A stretch of 64,000 nt of DNA from Lama guanicoe. Its lineage: Eukaryota. Both the position numbers and the translations under genes were made by a program. The notes under the pieces are model-generated. The model was given only the letters and a program-made list of their open reading frames with translations, had not been told where the DNA came from and searched no databases. Positions 9,561 through 22,340 of the stretch are shown here, piece after piece; the stretch's first letter is position 1; each line of letters starts with the position of its first letter. Location of the stretch: positions 7,248,049 through 7,312,048 of the forward strand of contig MU056303.1 in the NCBI GenBank assembly GCA_013239625.1, read 5' to 3'.

Positions 9561-12384
9561 TACTCCCTTTTAAAGAAGAATGAATCAGGTGCAGAAAGAT
9601 TATTTGTCTTGCCTGAGTCTAGGCACCGAGGTGTCTAAGCAGGGATTGTCCCCGGGCAGGGCGGCTCAGGTCTCCCAGCTCTTGACCACCACGTCACACT
9701 GCCTCTCACCCACGACTCCAACATCTCGATACAACACCCCTAGAAGGTTACAAAGCGTGGCCTTCCTGACCAGAGGAGTGATGTCTGGGGCCTCCCATGG
9801 CCCCACCCCTAGGCTTCCAGAACTGCAGACTGACAACACAGGGTCCTCCATAGTCCAGTTCCTTCTCTACCCGTGTCTGAGGGTAAGTTAAACCATGTGC
9901 TCTGATTGGTTCTTGTGTGATTGTGACAGTTTACGGGGTAGTCCCTCCAACAGGGTAGATGTGTGTTGATGACTGGCCCATCTCCTTGGCCGTCGGCTAA
10001 GTTTTGGAACATCTAAGACCCCAGCCCCAGGCCCTCATCCCTTCTTAATCCACATTCTCTAGGCGGGAGACCTCATTCAGCCTCCCGGCAACACAGCCCA
10101 TCTACTACAGAGGACACCCTAATTAACATCCCAGCCCGGACTCCTCCCCTGAGCTTCAGACTTGTATTTCCAACCGCCTGTTGACTTCTCCACTGGATGC
10201 CACATAGGCATTTCCAAGTCCAAATAGTCAAAATAGTCTGTTCCCACAGCCCCTTCATCTCTCTGCCCAGCCTTCCTCCCTCAGGAAATGGCACCACCAT
10301 GCTGTCTGGCTCAAGCCAGATACATTCCACCTGGGGAGGAGGGCAGAGAAGGGAGTACGGGCACCATACAGGGTTTGGCTTGAGTGGCGCAACACTTCCC
10401 AGGGAGGGAGACAAGGAACAGGAGGAGGAGTTTGAGGGGAAGTGTAACATTGTATCTTCCATGTGTTGGCTTTGATGTACTATGAGATCTCACACAGAAG
10501 TCCCAGGAGGCAATAAATACATAACGATATTATCTACATAAAGTCAGACTGGAAGCCAAAAACTATAGTCGGGATGAGATCACCCAGCTAGGGCGTTGAG
10601 GCTACCCAGGACCCGTCCACCCAGCCCCCACCTCTAGGGTCCTCAAGTGACAAATCCAGGCTGAGTCAGGCGGCTGCCAGAACATGGGGAAGGTTACAGG
10701 TGACGTGATGGAGAAACATCATGGGAGATGGGGGCTGTCCCCACATAAGGCTGATTCTGAGAGAAAGGTTTCACAAAGATCTTACGAGCTCCAAAAGTTA
10801 TCATTCAGCGTCTTCTGTAAAGACCCTTCCAGAATCCTGGTCTCTCCTTTCTTGGCACTGTAACCACTTACATGTATATGGGAACCAGACTAGGGGCCTT
10901 AGAAAAGGCAATTTTTCTCTTTGTCATATTTATTGTAAACTTTTCCTGGTATGTCATTTATCTTTTGACTTTGTTTATGGTATTTTTCATACACAAGTTT
11001 ACATTTTTTCAATAATCAAATTTAAGTTGTCAAATGTTTTCCTTAGGAGTTTTGAGGTTAAGTCTGGGGCTCCAAATGTTCAACCCAGCCCTTATTTCTT
11101 TATTTTTTTTGCGAGTCAACTCTGAAGATTATTTAAAAAACTAAGAACTCATAAAGACTACATAGAATCAGCAAAATAGCCAAAGGGCTCTTCCACACAA
11201 GCCAGGCTATGGTCTGCTGCTCCAGTGATTTTTTTTTAAACTCAGTATTGTATTTATTCTGGAGATAACTGTTGAGTATGCAGGTATTTATAGGAAAACT
11301 GTGTCTTTTTTTAATCCTTCTCAGGGGGGAAAAAATCTTTCGGGCATCACTAATCAGAACTACACAACTACTTTGTTTTAATTTTTCAGACTGTGTGAAT
11401 GATGTACTGGATTATGTTTCCCCCTTTGCACTGGACGCTAGGATGCTCAGATCCAATTTTTTTTCACACTTCCTTTAACAAAAAGTATATCTTCACAAAG
11501 CATGTGTTTGGGGAATTAATATTTGCCCTGACTTTAAGTTTTTCCCCCTCTTTTCTTGCCCTTCCTTCCAATTTATCTTTGAATTTATAATCATCTTTGA
11601 TGTGGTATATCAAGTCCTTTTTGAAAGGGGAAGGGAGAGAAAAGAATGAGGGAGGGTGGAAGACAAAGACAGAGAGAGAGAGAGAGAAAAGGAGACAACT
11701 CTCCCAAAACACGTACTTAGCAATCGCATTAGTTATTTATGTTACCAAATTACTTTTAACTTCACCATGGGATTCCTTCATGCAGTTCTCTGAAAACGTT
11801 TAGATTTGCTTTATTAAAAAAACAGCTCCCCAGAGGCACAGTATCTCTTCTGCACGTCTGCTGTGTAAAGGGGATTTTAATCTGTATTTCAAAATAGAGA
11901 AAACCATGCAGGTAGAGCAACGTGTGTAACGTGAAGAACGTGGCTACGTGTTGAACTTGGCCATTATCTCGCCCAGCCCGCCTCCTTTGGTTTTTTCCCC
12001 TTTATTTAGCCTTGCTCACCTTGTTATTAAGTGTTTAATACATGTCTGCACCTGTTGTTTTAGGCGCACATTCCCTTTAATCTTCACAGTGAAGGGACTC
12101 AGACCAGAGAATTAGTATGATCACTCAAAACACTCAAGTCAACTGCAAAAAGACAAGAATTTCTGTCTACACTGCCTGGGCTTTTGTTACCACATCACAT
12201 AGATGCCGTTGTTCTCAAATAATTCCAATCATATTCTCAGTGCTAATTAGCAAAAATAGGCAGTTTGTACCTGTGTACTTCTCTCTCTCTCACACACACA
12301 CACATACAAGTAACTTCTAACTATGATTTGTATCTTACTTAATGTAAATCATTTCCAAGTAAAACATTGGAATTTAAATCCTGA

Positions 12385-12414
12385 CCACCTCACACCAATT
12401 AGGATAGCTACGGT

Positions 12415-12449
<35 letters not shown>

Positions 12450-12622
12450 ATAACATGTTTGGGAGGATGTGGAGAAACTGGAAGCCTTGCACACTGATGG
12501 TGGGACTGTAAGCGGGTGCAGCTGCCACGGAAAATTATATGGAGGTTCCTCAAAAAAATTAAAAATAGATTTAACATATGATCCAGCAATCCCACTTCTG
12601 GGGACATACCCAGAAGAACTGA
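12385..12622 (+). mobile_element. L1 ORF2 C-terminal fragment with an internal (CA)n
   Basis: CACCTCACACCAATTAGGAT...TATGATCCAGCAATCCCACTTCTGGG; peptide DLTYDPAIPLLGTYPEE. Confidence 0.85.
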
Positions 12623-13350
12623 ATTGTTTGGTAGAATTCACCTGGGAAGCTAGCTGGTCCTGAACTTTGATTGCTGATGTTTTTTTAAACTGCTGATTCA
12701 GTTTCATTACTGGTAATTAGTCTGTTCAGATTTTCTATTTCTTCTTGGTTCAGTCTTGGGAGATTTCTAGCGGTTTGCCCACTTCTTCTAGGTTGTCCAT
12801 TTTATTGGCATATAATTATTTGTGGTAATCTCTTACGATCCTTTGCATTTCTGTGGTGTTGGTTGGAACTTCTTTTTCATTTCTGATTTTATTTGGCCCT
12901 TCTGTTTTTCTTGATGAGTCTCGCTAAATGTTTACCAATTTTGTTTATCTTTTCAAAGAACCAACCCTTAGTTTCACTGATCTTTTTTTTTTTTAAGTCT
13001 CTATTTGTGCTGTGATCTTCATGATTTCTTTCCTTTGCTAACTTTGGGTTTTGCTGGTCCTTTTTTTTTTTTTTTCCTCTAGTTCCTTTAAATGCAAGTT
13101 TAGGTTGTTTGAGATTTTTCTTGTTTCCTGGGGCAGTCCTGTATCAATATAAACTTCCCTCTTAGGATGGCTTCTGCTGCATCCTATAGATTCCCTGGAT
13201 TGCTGTGTTTTCATTTTCATTTGTCTCTGGATATTTTTAAAATTTCTTCTTCGATTGCTTCAATGATCTATTGGTTGTTGAGTAGCATACTGTTGAGATT
13301 CCACCTGTTTAAGTTTTTTGCCATTTTTTTTCTTGTAGTTGATTTCTAGT
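12623..13350 (-). mobile_element. L1 ORF2 fragment (endonuclease linker to Z-domain), antisense
   Basis: TTTGGTAGAATTCACCTGGGAAGCTAGCTGGTCCTG (KSPGPDGFTGEFYQ-like) with typical antisense L1 T-rich sequence. Confidence 0.85.
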
Positions 13351-14216
13351 TAGTGGCTGTTTAACGTTCCACAATGACGGTGAACCAGCGTTCAGTCATT
13401 CTTACATATAAGCCTCCACATGTTTTCAGTTTGAGCTGGAACAAACAACTCTGACAAACATCTTGTGCTCATGGCATTACAGACTTGGAACTTTTTTTTC
13501 CATGGGACAGATTCTCAAGAGTCACATTCCAAAACTGAAACTAGATGTATGTCAAATGTGAATAAATGTTGCCAGATTTCTCCCAAAGGCCCCACCAATC
13601 CACATTTCCTCTCCTCCCCTCTCGTAATGAGACAGCTCTTTTAAATTTTTGCCAGGCTGGTGGATATAAAGTAGTAACTTGTGTTCCACTTCCACTGCAG
13701 TTTTCCTGATTGTTTATAAATTTGAGTTTCTTTTATTTTTATTTAGCTCTATTTTCAACAAAGCCAAACAGGGACCTCTAAGTGAAGACAGCAGATAAAA
13801 TACATTCCTCTATTTCTGTTGCCTCCTGAAATCCTATTACAATGGCAGTAAAGTTGTGTTTCTTAAAGGCATAAAGTAATTCCCAAATCGTGTTTGACTT
13901 TTTTAAGTTACCTGGTGGTATTTGTTCTATTATTCTGTATATCTTTTTATACATAAAAATATACTGCATTTAAAAAAGTCTGGAGAGTACATATCAAAAA
14001 ATGGAACATTATTCAGTCATGAAAAGGAGTGAAGTCCTGATACATGTGACACTGTAGATAAACTTCAAAAAGTTATGCTAAATAAAAGAAGCCAAAACCA
14101 AAAGGCCATATATTATATAATTCCATTTATATGAAATGTCCAGAATAGCTAAATAGAGCACAGACTGGTGGTTGACAAGGGGCCAGATCTCAGCTACAGA
14201 CGTAATTTGGGAGCCT

Positions 14217-14640
14217 TCAGTGACCAGAAGCCGTGAGATGCTGGCTGCTCACGTCCAGGGAGCGCTCTGGGGGCGCACTGGTATTAGGAGACGAGAGAGG
14301 AGTGGGTCCAGCAAAGAAGCCTGAGGAGCTGCCCCAGTGAGACAGGAGGGAGAAACATGAGAGGGCAGGATCCCGGAAGCCGGGGGAAGAAGGGTTTTCA
14401 TGGACAGTGTGATCTGCCGCGCCGAGAGCTGATTGGAGGTTATAGAGGACCAGGACTGTGCAGGAACTATTGGATTTGGCACCACGGAGGTCATAGGTGA
14501 CCTTGAACAAAGGAAGTTGTGCTGAGCTAACAGAGAAGCCTGATTGAGTGAGTTTAAGAGCACAAGAGAGGAAGTAGAAAACTGTTCCACTTTTCCAAGG
14601 ATGTGTGCTGAAAAGAAGAGCTGAGAGGAGACCTGACATC
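14217..14640 (-). mobile_element. L2 fragment
   Basis: GGTGACCTTGA...AGAAGCCTGATTG...GAGGAAGTAGA purine-rich antisense L2 pattern. Confidence 0.65.
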
Positions 14641-14949
14641 CTCCCGCCTTTAAATAAGGGAAATTTGAGCATCGCAAAGAAAGCTCTCTGATGCTGAGTG
14701 ATGCATTGTGGTGAGCAGTATAGCAGTTATCTTCCAACTTAGTAATTCTTTCATTCTAGTTTATCATTCACGCTGTGTCTTTTTTCAATGACTGTATAAT
14801 TCATTCTCAAGATGTTCTTTCTAAAATCCCTTTGATTTTGTTTCATTTCTACAGCTTTTGTTTTATAATTTTTAATGGGTGTTATTCCTTCATTTATCTC
14901 CTTGGGATCCTATACATACGTAATTCCGGATAAAATAATTAATTACTTA

Positions 14950-15170
14950 CATGGCCCTTGTGCGCCAGGCATTGTTCTAAGCACTTTATGTGTATATAGA
15001 ATCTCATCTAATTACAACAACTCTCTAAGGAAAGTACTGTTATCATCCCATTTTACAGATGCAGGAACTCAGGTACAAGAATAGTTAAGCAAATTGACTG
15101 AAGTCTTGCAACTAACACGTATCAAACCCAAGCTATCTGGCTCTAGACTGGCTTTTAATCATTAGGCTAT
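14950..15170 (-). mobile_element. MIR
   Basis: GCCAGGCATTGTTCTAAGCACTTTA...CCCATTTTACAGATGCAGGAACTCAGG core. Confidence 0.8.
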
Positions 15171-16381
15171 GCTGACTCTTAAAAAAAAACAAACCTGCTA
15201 TTTATGGATATTTTTACATTCATGTTCATAGCATCATTATCCAAGGGCCAAAAGGTGGAAGCAATCCAAGTGGCCATCAATAGACAATGNNNNNNNNNNN
15301 NNNNNNNNNNNNNNNNNNNNNNNNNNNNNNNNNNNNNNNNNNNNNNNNNNNNNNNNNNNNNNNNNNNNNNNNNNNNNNNNNNNNNNNNNNNNNNNNNNNN
15401 NNNNNNNNNNNNNNNNNNNNNNNNNNNNNNNNNNNNNNNNNNNNNNNNNNNNNNNNNNNNNNNNNNNNNNNNNNNNNNNNNNNNNNNNNNNNNNNNNNNN
15501 NNNNNNNNNNNNNNNNNNNNNNNNNNNNNNNNNNNNNNNNNNNNNNNNNNNNNNNNNNNNNNNNNNNNNNNNNNNNNNNNNNNNNNNNNNNNNNNNNNNN
15601 NNNNNNNNTATATTTAACCGCAATTTTCTAAGCCATCTTTTCATTTTCATTTCATCTGGACCCATTATCTGATAGCTGCTTGCATCGTGGCTTTATTTTA
15701 GCATTCAGTGTCTTCCTGTTTTGCTATGGTCAGCAGGCTCCTGCGAAGCCGGAGGTCTTTGCATGGAGTCTCTGCCCGTGTGACTGTGGCGGTGCCGGCT
15801 GGGCTGTGAGGCTGGCCCTGGCCTCCCCCAGCCTCCGCGTCCCCACCAGCCGAGGCCGATGCAACGTCCGCAGGGGCCCCGCGGACGCCAGCTTTCCGGA
15901 GTCCGCTGACCTTGACCCTGCCCGCACCTGCATCCCGCGTGGAGCGCTGCTCCTCCGGATCTCCAGCGCCGCCGCCTGCTTTTGAGCCACATCCCAGAAG
16001 GCCTGCAGTTTCCGCCTCTGCTCACAGGCCTCCATATGGAGATGGTTATCCTGTTTGGAGTGTGGATATGGCTCTCCCTTCTTAAAAAAATATTTATCTA
16101 TTTGATTTGCTTAGAAAGCTTGGGGAGAATTTCTTACAGCACCATTTAAGCTGATAAATATTGCCTGTAAACTGATTTTTAAAGGCATGTCTGCACCTCC
16201 AACCAACGCTTGCAATTATGATGCCACAACTCTGGTATGATTATTAAATCTATGTTAAGTTTCTTTGCCCACTCCCAGCATTTTTTTAAAAACAATTTTT
16301 TTTAGGTGACTGCTATAAGCATTCAAAAAATTACCATTGACTGAGATTGCTTTCCAGTTTTCCAATCAGGATTTTCTTCTT

Positions 16382-16556
16382 TTTTTTTTAACTTTTAAAA
16401 AGTTCTTTTTAGGTTGCTAAATATTTTCCTTTTTGGGGGGGTGAGGCAGGTAATTAGGTTTATTTATTTATTTACTTAAAATGGAAGTACTGGGGATTGA
16501 ACCCAGGACCCTGTGCATGCTAAGCATGTGCTCTACCACTGAGCTATACCCTCCCC
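16382..16556 (-). mobile_element. Camelid tRNA-derived SINE (Vic-1 type)
   Basis: Reverse complement of the same consensus. Imperfect TSD CAGGATTTTCTTCTT/CAGGATTCTGTTCTT. Confidence 0.88.
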
Positions 16557-17699
16557 AGCCCAGGATTCTGTTCTTAATATGAAGATAATTAGAAGAACAA
16601 GAGGATGTGAGAATTTGGGAGGCGGGAGACGGAACAGTTCTGTGTCTTGATTGTGATGGTCGTTATATGTGTACGCATTTGTCCAAACTCAAAGAACTGT
16701 ATACTGCAAAGAAAAGTTTTACTTTATGTAAATTAAACCTAACTTTTTTTTTTAATGGAGAAAAACAAGTTATCTGGTAAGTACAGCTTTTCCTGAATCA
16801 CAGTTTTGACCCAGTTGTGAAATACAACATCTCCTTGAGTGCCTCCAAAATAATCCATTCAGCCTCTGGGACAAGCAGGGGAGACTCTACTGGAGATTTT
16901 GTTTGGGGAAAAGAAAAGATTTACATTCTCAAGTTGTCCTCAGCTCGAGAATATATGTGGCCTCTTTCCTCTTCTGGGCTCCTTCTCTGTCCCCTAGGGT
17001 CCTACACTCACCACAAATTTCTCTTCCCTGGATCCTGAAGAACCGTGCAGCCTTGTGCTCTCCAGCTTACATACCAAGTGTGACTGCAAGGTTGGGTGTG
17101 GTTGATACTTTGCCTGTAAAAATCACTTTACAAGTAATATTTACTTGTTTAATGGTGTTGAAAGTTAAGCGCATTCCTGTGCTCAGAGAAACTGCCCACC
17201 CCGGGGGGCGCTATTTATTGACTTTATGGCGCAATATGGGACTTGGAAGAGAGGGTCCGGGTGAGAAATCTTGAAAGGCAGCTTCGTCCTTCTCAGTGCC
17301 CTTGAACTTAACGTGGCAAAAAAAGACTACAGCAAAACCCCGCCCACTATATCCCTCCTTTATCTAATCGTCTCTTTCTACTAGAGCCTTCTCTTAAGTA
17401 TTTAAATATGCTCAAATCTGTTCATCTTATTAAAAATCCCCTCTCAGGTCCCTATGCCCAAGTTATCATCTTATCTCTTTTTCTCCCTTGGGGCCACATT
17501 TCCCAGAAAGGGTTGTCCCCATTCCGCCTCCTCCTCCTGCTCCCTCCACAAAGCTCTCCAGTCAGTTCCCAACCCCAGCCATCTTCCAACTGGGCTGTGG
17601 TCCTGATCAATGTTTCCATGTTGATGAAACCAGCAAATGTTCTGCAGTCCCTCATGCAAATTGATCTTGAAATAACACTTGGCAGCGCGGCTCTGTAAA

Positions 17700-18750
17700 A
17701 ACCATCTACTCTCAGTTCCCATGCCTGGCTTTCCCCTTCTTCCCTGATCTTCCTTTTCAGCCTCCTTTTGGCTTCTCCTCTGTCCAAATCCTTCAGTGTT
17801 GCTATTTCCTGGGGCTCTTTCCAAACCTTCCCTCTTCTCTTTCACTCTCTCCTTCTAGACCATGGCATCCACTCCACGGCTTCATCTGCCATCCTTTTGG
17901 TGCTTAGGACCAAACTCTGTGTCTGCAGCCCAGCTCTTTCTTCTGAGTTCCAGACTCATCTATCCAGTGACCTGGTCCACACGTCTGCTTCGTTATCTGA
18001 CAAGCCCTCACCCTCGTTCTGGACCACTAGACTGGCGGTCCCTTGGGAAGTGGAACCATCCTCCAGTAGCAAACTCGGAGTAACCCTTTTCATCTTTGGG
18101 GGACATAGCTCAGCATTCACTCCCTCCTACTGATTTTACTTCCTGGATATCACTCACATCCATCCCCCACCCCCTTATCTCCATAACCACAAATTTAGTT
18201 TTAAGCCATTATCATCTCCTCCTCCTAACCGGTCACCCCACATCCATTCTTGTCCTTCTCAAGTTCATTCCCTAAGTTTAAAAATTTAAAATTCTTCAGT
18301 GACTTCCCAGAACTCTTGAAATGAAGTCCACAATCATTCGCCGAGCCTCCTGGACCCTGCCTAATCTGCCTGTTGCCTGCCTCTCCAATTTCGCCCCAAG
18401 GCTCGGAATCACATCACACCGACCTTCTTTCCGTTATTCACACATGTTATTTTCTTTTACCTTAAGAGCAGGAGCTGTTCCCTATGTCTAGAATGTTCTT
18501 CTCCACCATTCTTTTCTCGCTTCTCAGCCTTCAGGACTTGATTTAAGGCCACTTTCTCTGCTCCCTCACATTTGTTGAAATCCTCGTGTGATAGGCTCTC
18601 AAAATTTCCGTTTCTTCTTCTTAACACTTACTGCAATAATTTGTGTGAACATTTATTCATTTCCCTGCTAGACGGGAAGCTCCAAGTCTGTTTTGCCCCA
18701 TCATAGATGACATCTGTCTTTCCTGTTAGCCCCCTGGCACCTGAGCTTCC
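17700..18750 (+). mobile_element. L2 3' fragment
   Basis: Pyrimidine-rich; CAGCCCAGCTCTTTCTTCTGAGTTCCAGACTCAT and CCTGCTAGACGGGAAGCTCC 3'-end pattern. Confidence 0.65.
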
Positions 18751-19355
18751 CATGCTAGCAGAATCAACCACGCAGTGAATCCTAGTAAAAGGGGACAGGA
18801 AAGCGAAAGGCCATCCCCAACTCCACTCACTTTCCCAGCCTCTCCTGCACGGAGGACAGGAGCAACCCGCCATCAGGCACTTCGACAGAGGATCTGGGGT
18901 CAAGAACACAGGAAGGAAGGGTTGGGAAAGTCACTTCTCTCCTTCAGGTGGAAGTGGTGGTAGCGGTGGCTCCAAGGGCAAGTTCCTGGGACAGAAGCAG
19001 CTTTGGCAGGAGCTGCTGAGTGAGGTCCTGGGGGTAGGATCGAAAAATGGAGTCCCTGGTGTTCAGCAGTTTCCATTAGTTCAGTGGACTGGCTCTCCAG
19101 CCCTCTCAGTGATTCTGTCACTTGTAGGGAACTTTTTAATAGACCGTATGTGCATCAGACTATACCGGAAACCCACACCAGTCAGAGCTGACTAATGCAA
19201 CAGCTATAAATCTTGTGTTCCAGAGGCGTCTCTGGTGTGCAGCACGTACACAATGAATACTCGCTGATTAGAAGAATGGCTGAAACAAAGGGGTCATAGG
19301 TGCCTTGTGGACTGAAGAGCCCTTATTTTGACACAGAACAATTTTAAAAATTCAC

Positions 19356-19480
19356 AGAGAGGGTATAGCTCAATGGTAGAGTGCGTGTTTAGCATGCATA
19401 AGGTCTTGGGTTCAATCCTCAGTACCTCCATTCAAATAAATAAATAAACAAACTAATTACCCACTCCCCCAAAATAAATT
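19356..19480 (+). mobile_element. Camelid tRNA-derived SINE (Vic-1 type)
   Basis: GAGGGTATAGCTCAATGGTAGAG...GGTTCAATCCTCAGTACCTCC followed by an (AAAT)n tail. Confidence 0.88.
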
Positions 19481-21589
19481 TAAAACATTCAAGTCCACCT
19501 TACGTTTAAATGGCGAAAATCACCAAAGTTAAACCAAAGTTTGGAAAACACTGCATTTGTTGATGCTGGAAATTCCTTTAAGACTGGGCTCACTGCTTAA
19601 TATGTAATTTCTTTTCCCATTAGATAAAAAATCACATCCATCAAAGAATAAAATGTTGACACAGCGACCAGGGAGTGTGCATTGTGGGCAGGACAGCTCA
19701 CCTGGAGATACGGGTCACCTGACTACAGACGAAACCCTAAAGCATCCAGAAGCTGTTCTATGAGCCAAAACGTGGGAAAGATCTGGGTCATTCATTGAAC
19801 CCAGATTTTCTCTTCTGTCAAACCGGAAGAGCAGCTACCTCACAGAGGTAGAATTATGCTGTACACCAGAAATAGACACAATTGTAGACTACACTTCAAT
19901 TTAAAAAAAAAAAAGACTGTAAAGTGCTCGGGATTCAATCTCTGGTCCACGCGAAGGGCTCCCCCAACACTTTCATATTTGCTTCCTCCCTCCTGCCTTC
20001 CTTCCCTTGCTCCTCACTCCTCACCCAAAACAGTGATTTGTTTATTAAATCACACGGCTAACATGGCAATGTTTAAGGAGCCAGTGATGCTCCTGCCAAA
20101 GCTGCTTCTGTCACGCTCTTCTCACCCTGAGTTACACCCCACCCAAAATACGGATTCTTTGGCAGGAACATTATCACATGCAGAAAGGCACAGATGATAT
20201 GAAAATTAACTTTCAGAAATGGTTGAAATGTGTATGGATTTTCTTTTTCAGATTTATTCATGATGCTGAACTTAGTGATGCCCAAATGGATTGCTCGGAG
20301 CTGAAATTCTATCTTTACCCAAGGATTGCTAGTGTTGCCAAATATGACAAAATACGCCGCTCACTCTGACAGTACCGCCCAGCATTTGATCCGATTCGGT
20401 TATTTCCCATCTACCATTAGAACAGTCGACAAGTGTTTTCAAGAAAATTAATTATTACAGAAGTCTAATGTTTCGGTTAGAAGCTGTGATTTTCAGGACA
20501 TAAATAGACACTTCAGAATTATTTCAGAAAAACTAAGACACCTCAGATGCTTGATTGGAAAAGAGCCCTGGAAAGTGATTGAGCTTTGAACTGGCATCCA
20601 AACTCTGTAATTTCTTATGTGTGTAATATGGGCGAATTATTTAAGATCTCTGAGCCCTGGTTCCTTCATCTATAAAATTACCTATGATAGGACTCCTACC
20701 AACAGCAACCACACTGCTTGGCAAAGAAAAAAAAAATCCTCAACAGATGCAGTTTTTCTCAACACACAGCAGAGAAAGTATCAGATAGTCACACACACAC
20801 ACAAAGTCTCAGACTTGCCACACCTTTCTCTTTAGGCTGAATTTTAAGCCAAACACCTCCGATGGCCAGCGATCTCATTCCGAGTCGCTGATGCAGTCCC
20901 CACCCACTAGCAATGTTACATGGCGGAAATTAATGAGTCCCATGTTTAATGTTATGCAAGCCAACCTCGCGGTACCTCTAATCCCGTTCTTAAAACCAGT
21001 GACCACACAGAGCCGCTTTTGTGACATGTGACAATTCTAATAGGAAACTCACAAGGCACCTAGCTGGGCTACCGAGAGAAGATTCTGTGTTTAACCAGAA
21101 GTTTAAATCATCAGTTTGACACATGTTGCTTCAAGAGACTTCAGGTTTCCATGAGATTTGTATTTTTCTTGAAGTGTTTCTTAGATGTTTTCCTCTTCTC
21201 TCTCCGAAATGAAACTTTCAAAAATCTGCTGCCATTCTATGCAGCTTCCTTAGAGCTCCATCCTTCCTGACTCCTAAGTCATCTCAAAATACTCTCTCTT
21301 GCTATGCCACTTCAGGTAAGTTCAATAAAACTAGCCTGAAACCAGCTGTGTGTTGAAAATAAGATTCGGGAATTTTCACTACTTCTGGCAGGCCTGCGGT
21401 GACATGCGCTGTGTCATTCTGGGACCCGGGGTGAAGACCAAGCAGAGACAGCACTTGCCTAGAGGGCCTCGCTGTCTGCGAGGGAGGCGGACAGGGAAAA
21501 AGGCCATCCAATTTCAGGGTGAACTGTGCCCCAGTGGGAGCAGATGCCAGATGCTCCCGCAGGTTAGAGGCGAGGCACTCAGTCCACTC

Positions 21590-22340
21590 GGGTGTGGAGT
21601 GTGTAGGGGGATGGATGTCAAGGAAGGTTTCTCAGAGGAAGTGAACTCAGCTGAGCCCTGAAAGATGAAGAGGGGGGAGCAAGGCTTTGGGGAAGGGCTC
21701 TCCTGGCAGAGGAAAACAGTGTCTACAAAAGCCAAGATTTAGAAGGGCAGGAAGAAGGTCTGCTGGGTCTGAGCTCCATGGGGGAGGAGGGGGGGACAGC
21801 CACCTGAGATGTGAGGCTGAGAGAGGCTGGGCCTGGCAGCAACCCTGGGGAACTTGAACTTTGCCCTCCAGACAGTGGCGAACCATGTAAGGATGACACA
21901 GTGATAGAATCAGATTAGTATTTCAGAACAACTCCTCTGGCTGCTTGCACAGAGCCCTGGAGATAGGTCAGGAGGCTCTCGCTGTAGTCCAAGAAAGGTG
22001 GGGGGTTGGAGGGGCCTGGATTAAGGTAGAGGACGGTGGGGAGAAACAGGTGGAGCTATTTTGAAGGTGGAGTTAAGAGGCCATGGTGACTGACGGATGT
22101 ACGGGTGGAAAAGGAAAGTAATTGGCAAGTTTCCCAATTTGGTTTGGGCAACTGAAGGGACACTTGCGTAGCTCACAGACCACGTAAGAAGATGGGTACA
22201 CAGAAGGAAAGGGGGAGCGGGAGAGATGTAGAAGATGAAGTCAGGACATAAATTTAAGATGCCCATGGTCGCTGGTAATACGGGTCTGGGGTCCAGAGGA
22301 GATCTACCTTGATTACAGCGGTGGGCATCTTCCTGTGAGT
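21590..22340 (-). mobile_element. L2 fragment
   Basis: GTCAAGGAAGGTTTCTCAGAGGAAGTGA...GAGCTATTTTGAAGGTGGAG...TTTGGGCAACTG. Confidence 0.65.

Larger units (their letters stand above)
8579..9783 (+). repeat. 58-bp direct repeat pair (8579-8636 and 9726-9783), one mismatch
   Basis: TCGATACAACACCCCTAGAAGGTTACAAAG[G/C]GTGGCCTTCCTGACCAGAGGAGTGATG occurs twice. Confidence 0.95.

Noticed and set aside
8579-9783. 58-bp repeats as LTRs/TSD of a novel element, or as a CRISPR-like array
   Set aside because: Only two copies; no TG...CA ends; the interior is a mosaic of unrelated ancient repeats with no coding capacity; the context is eukaryotic.
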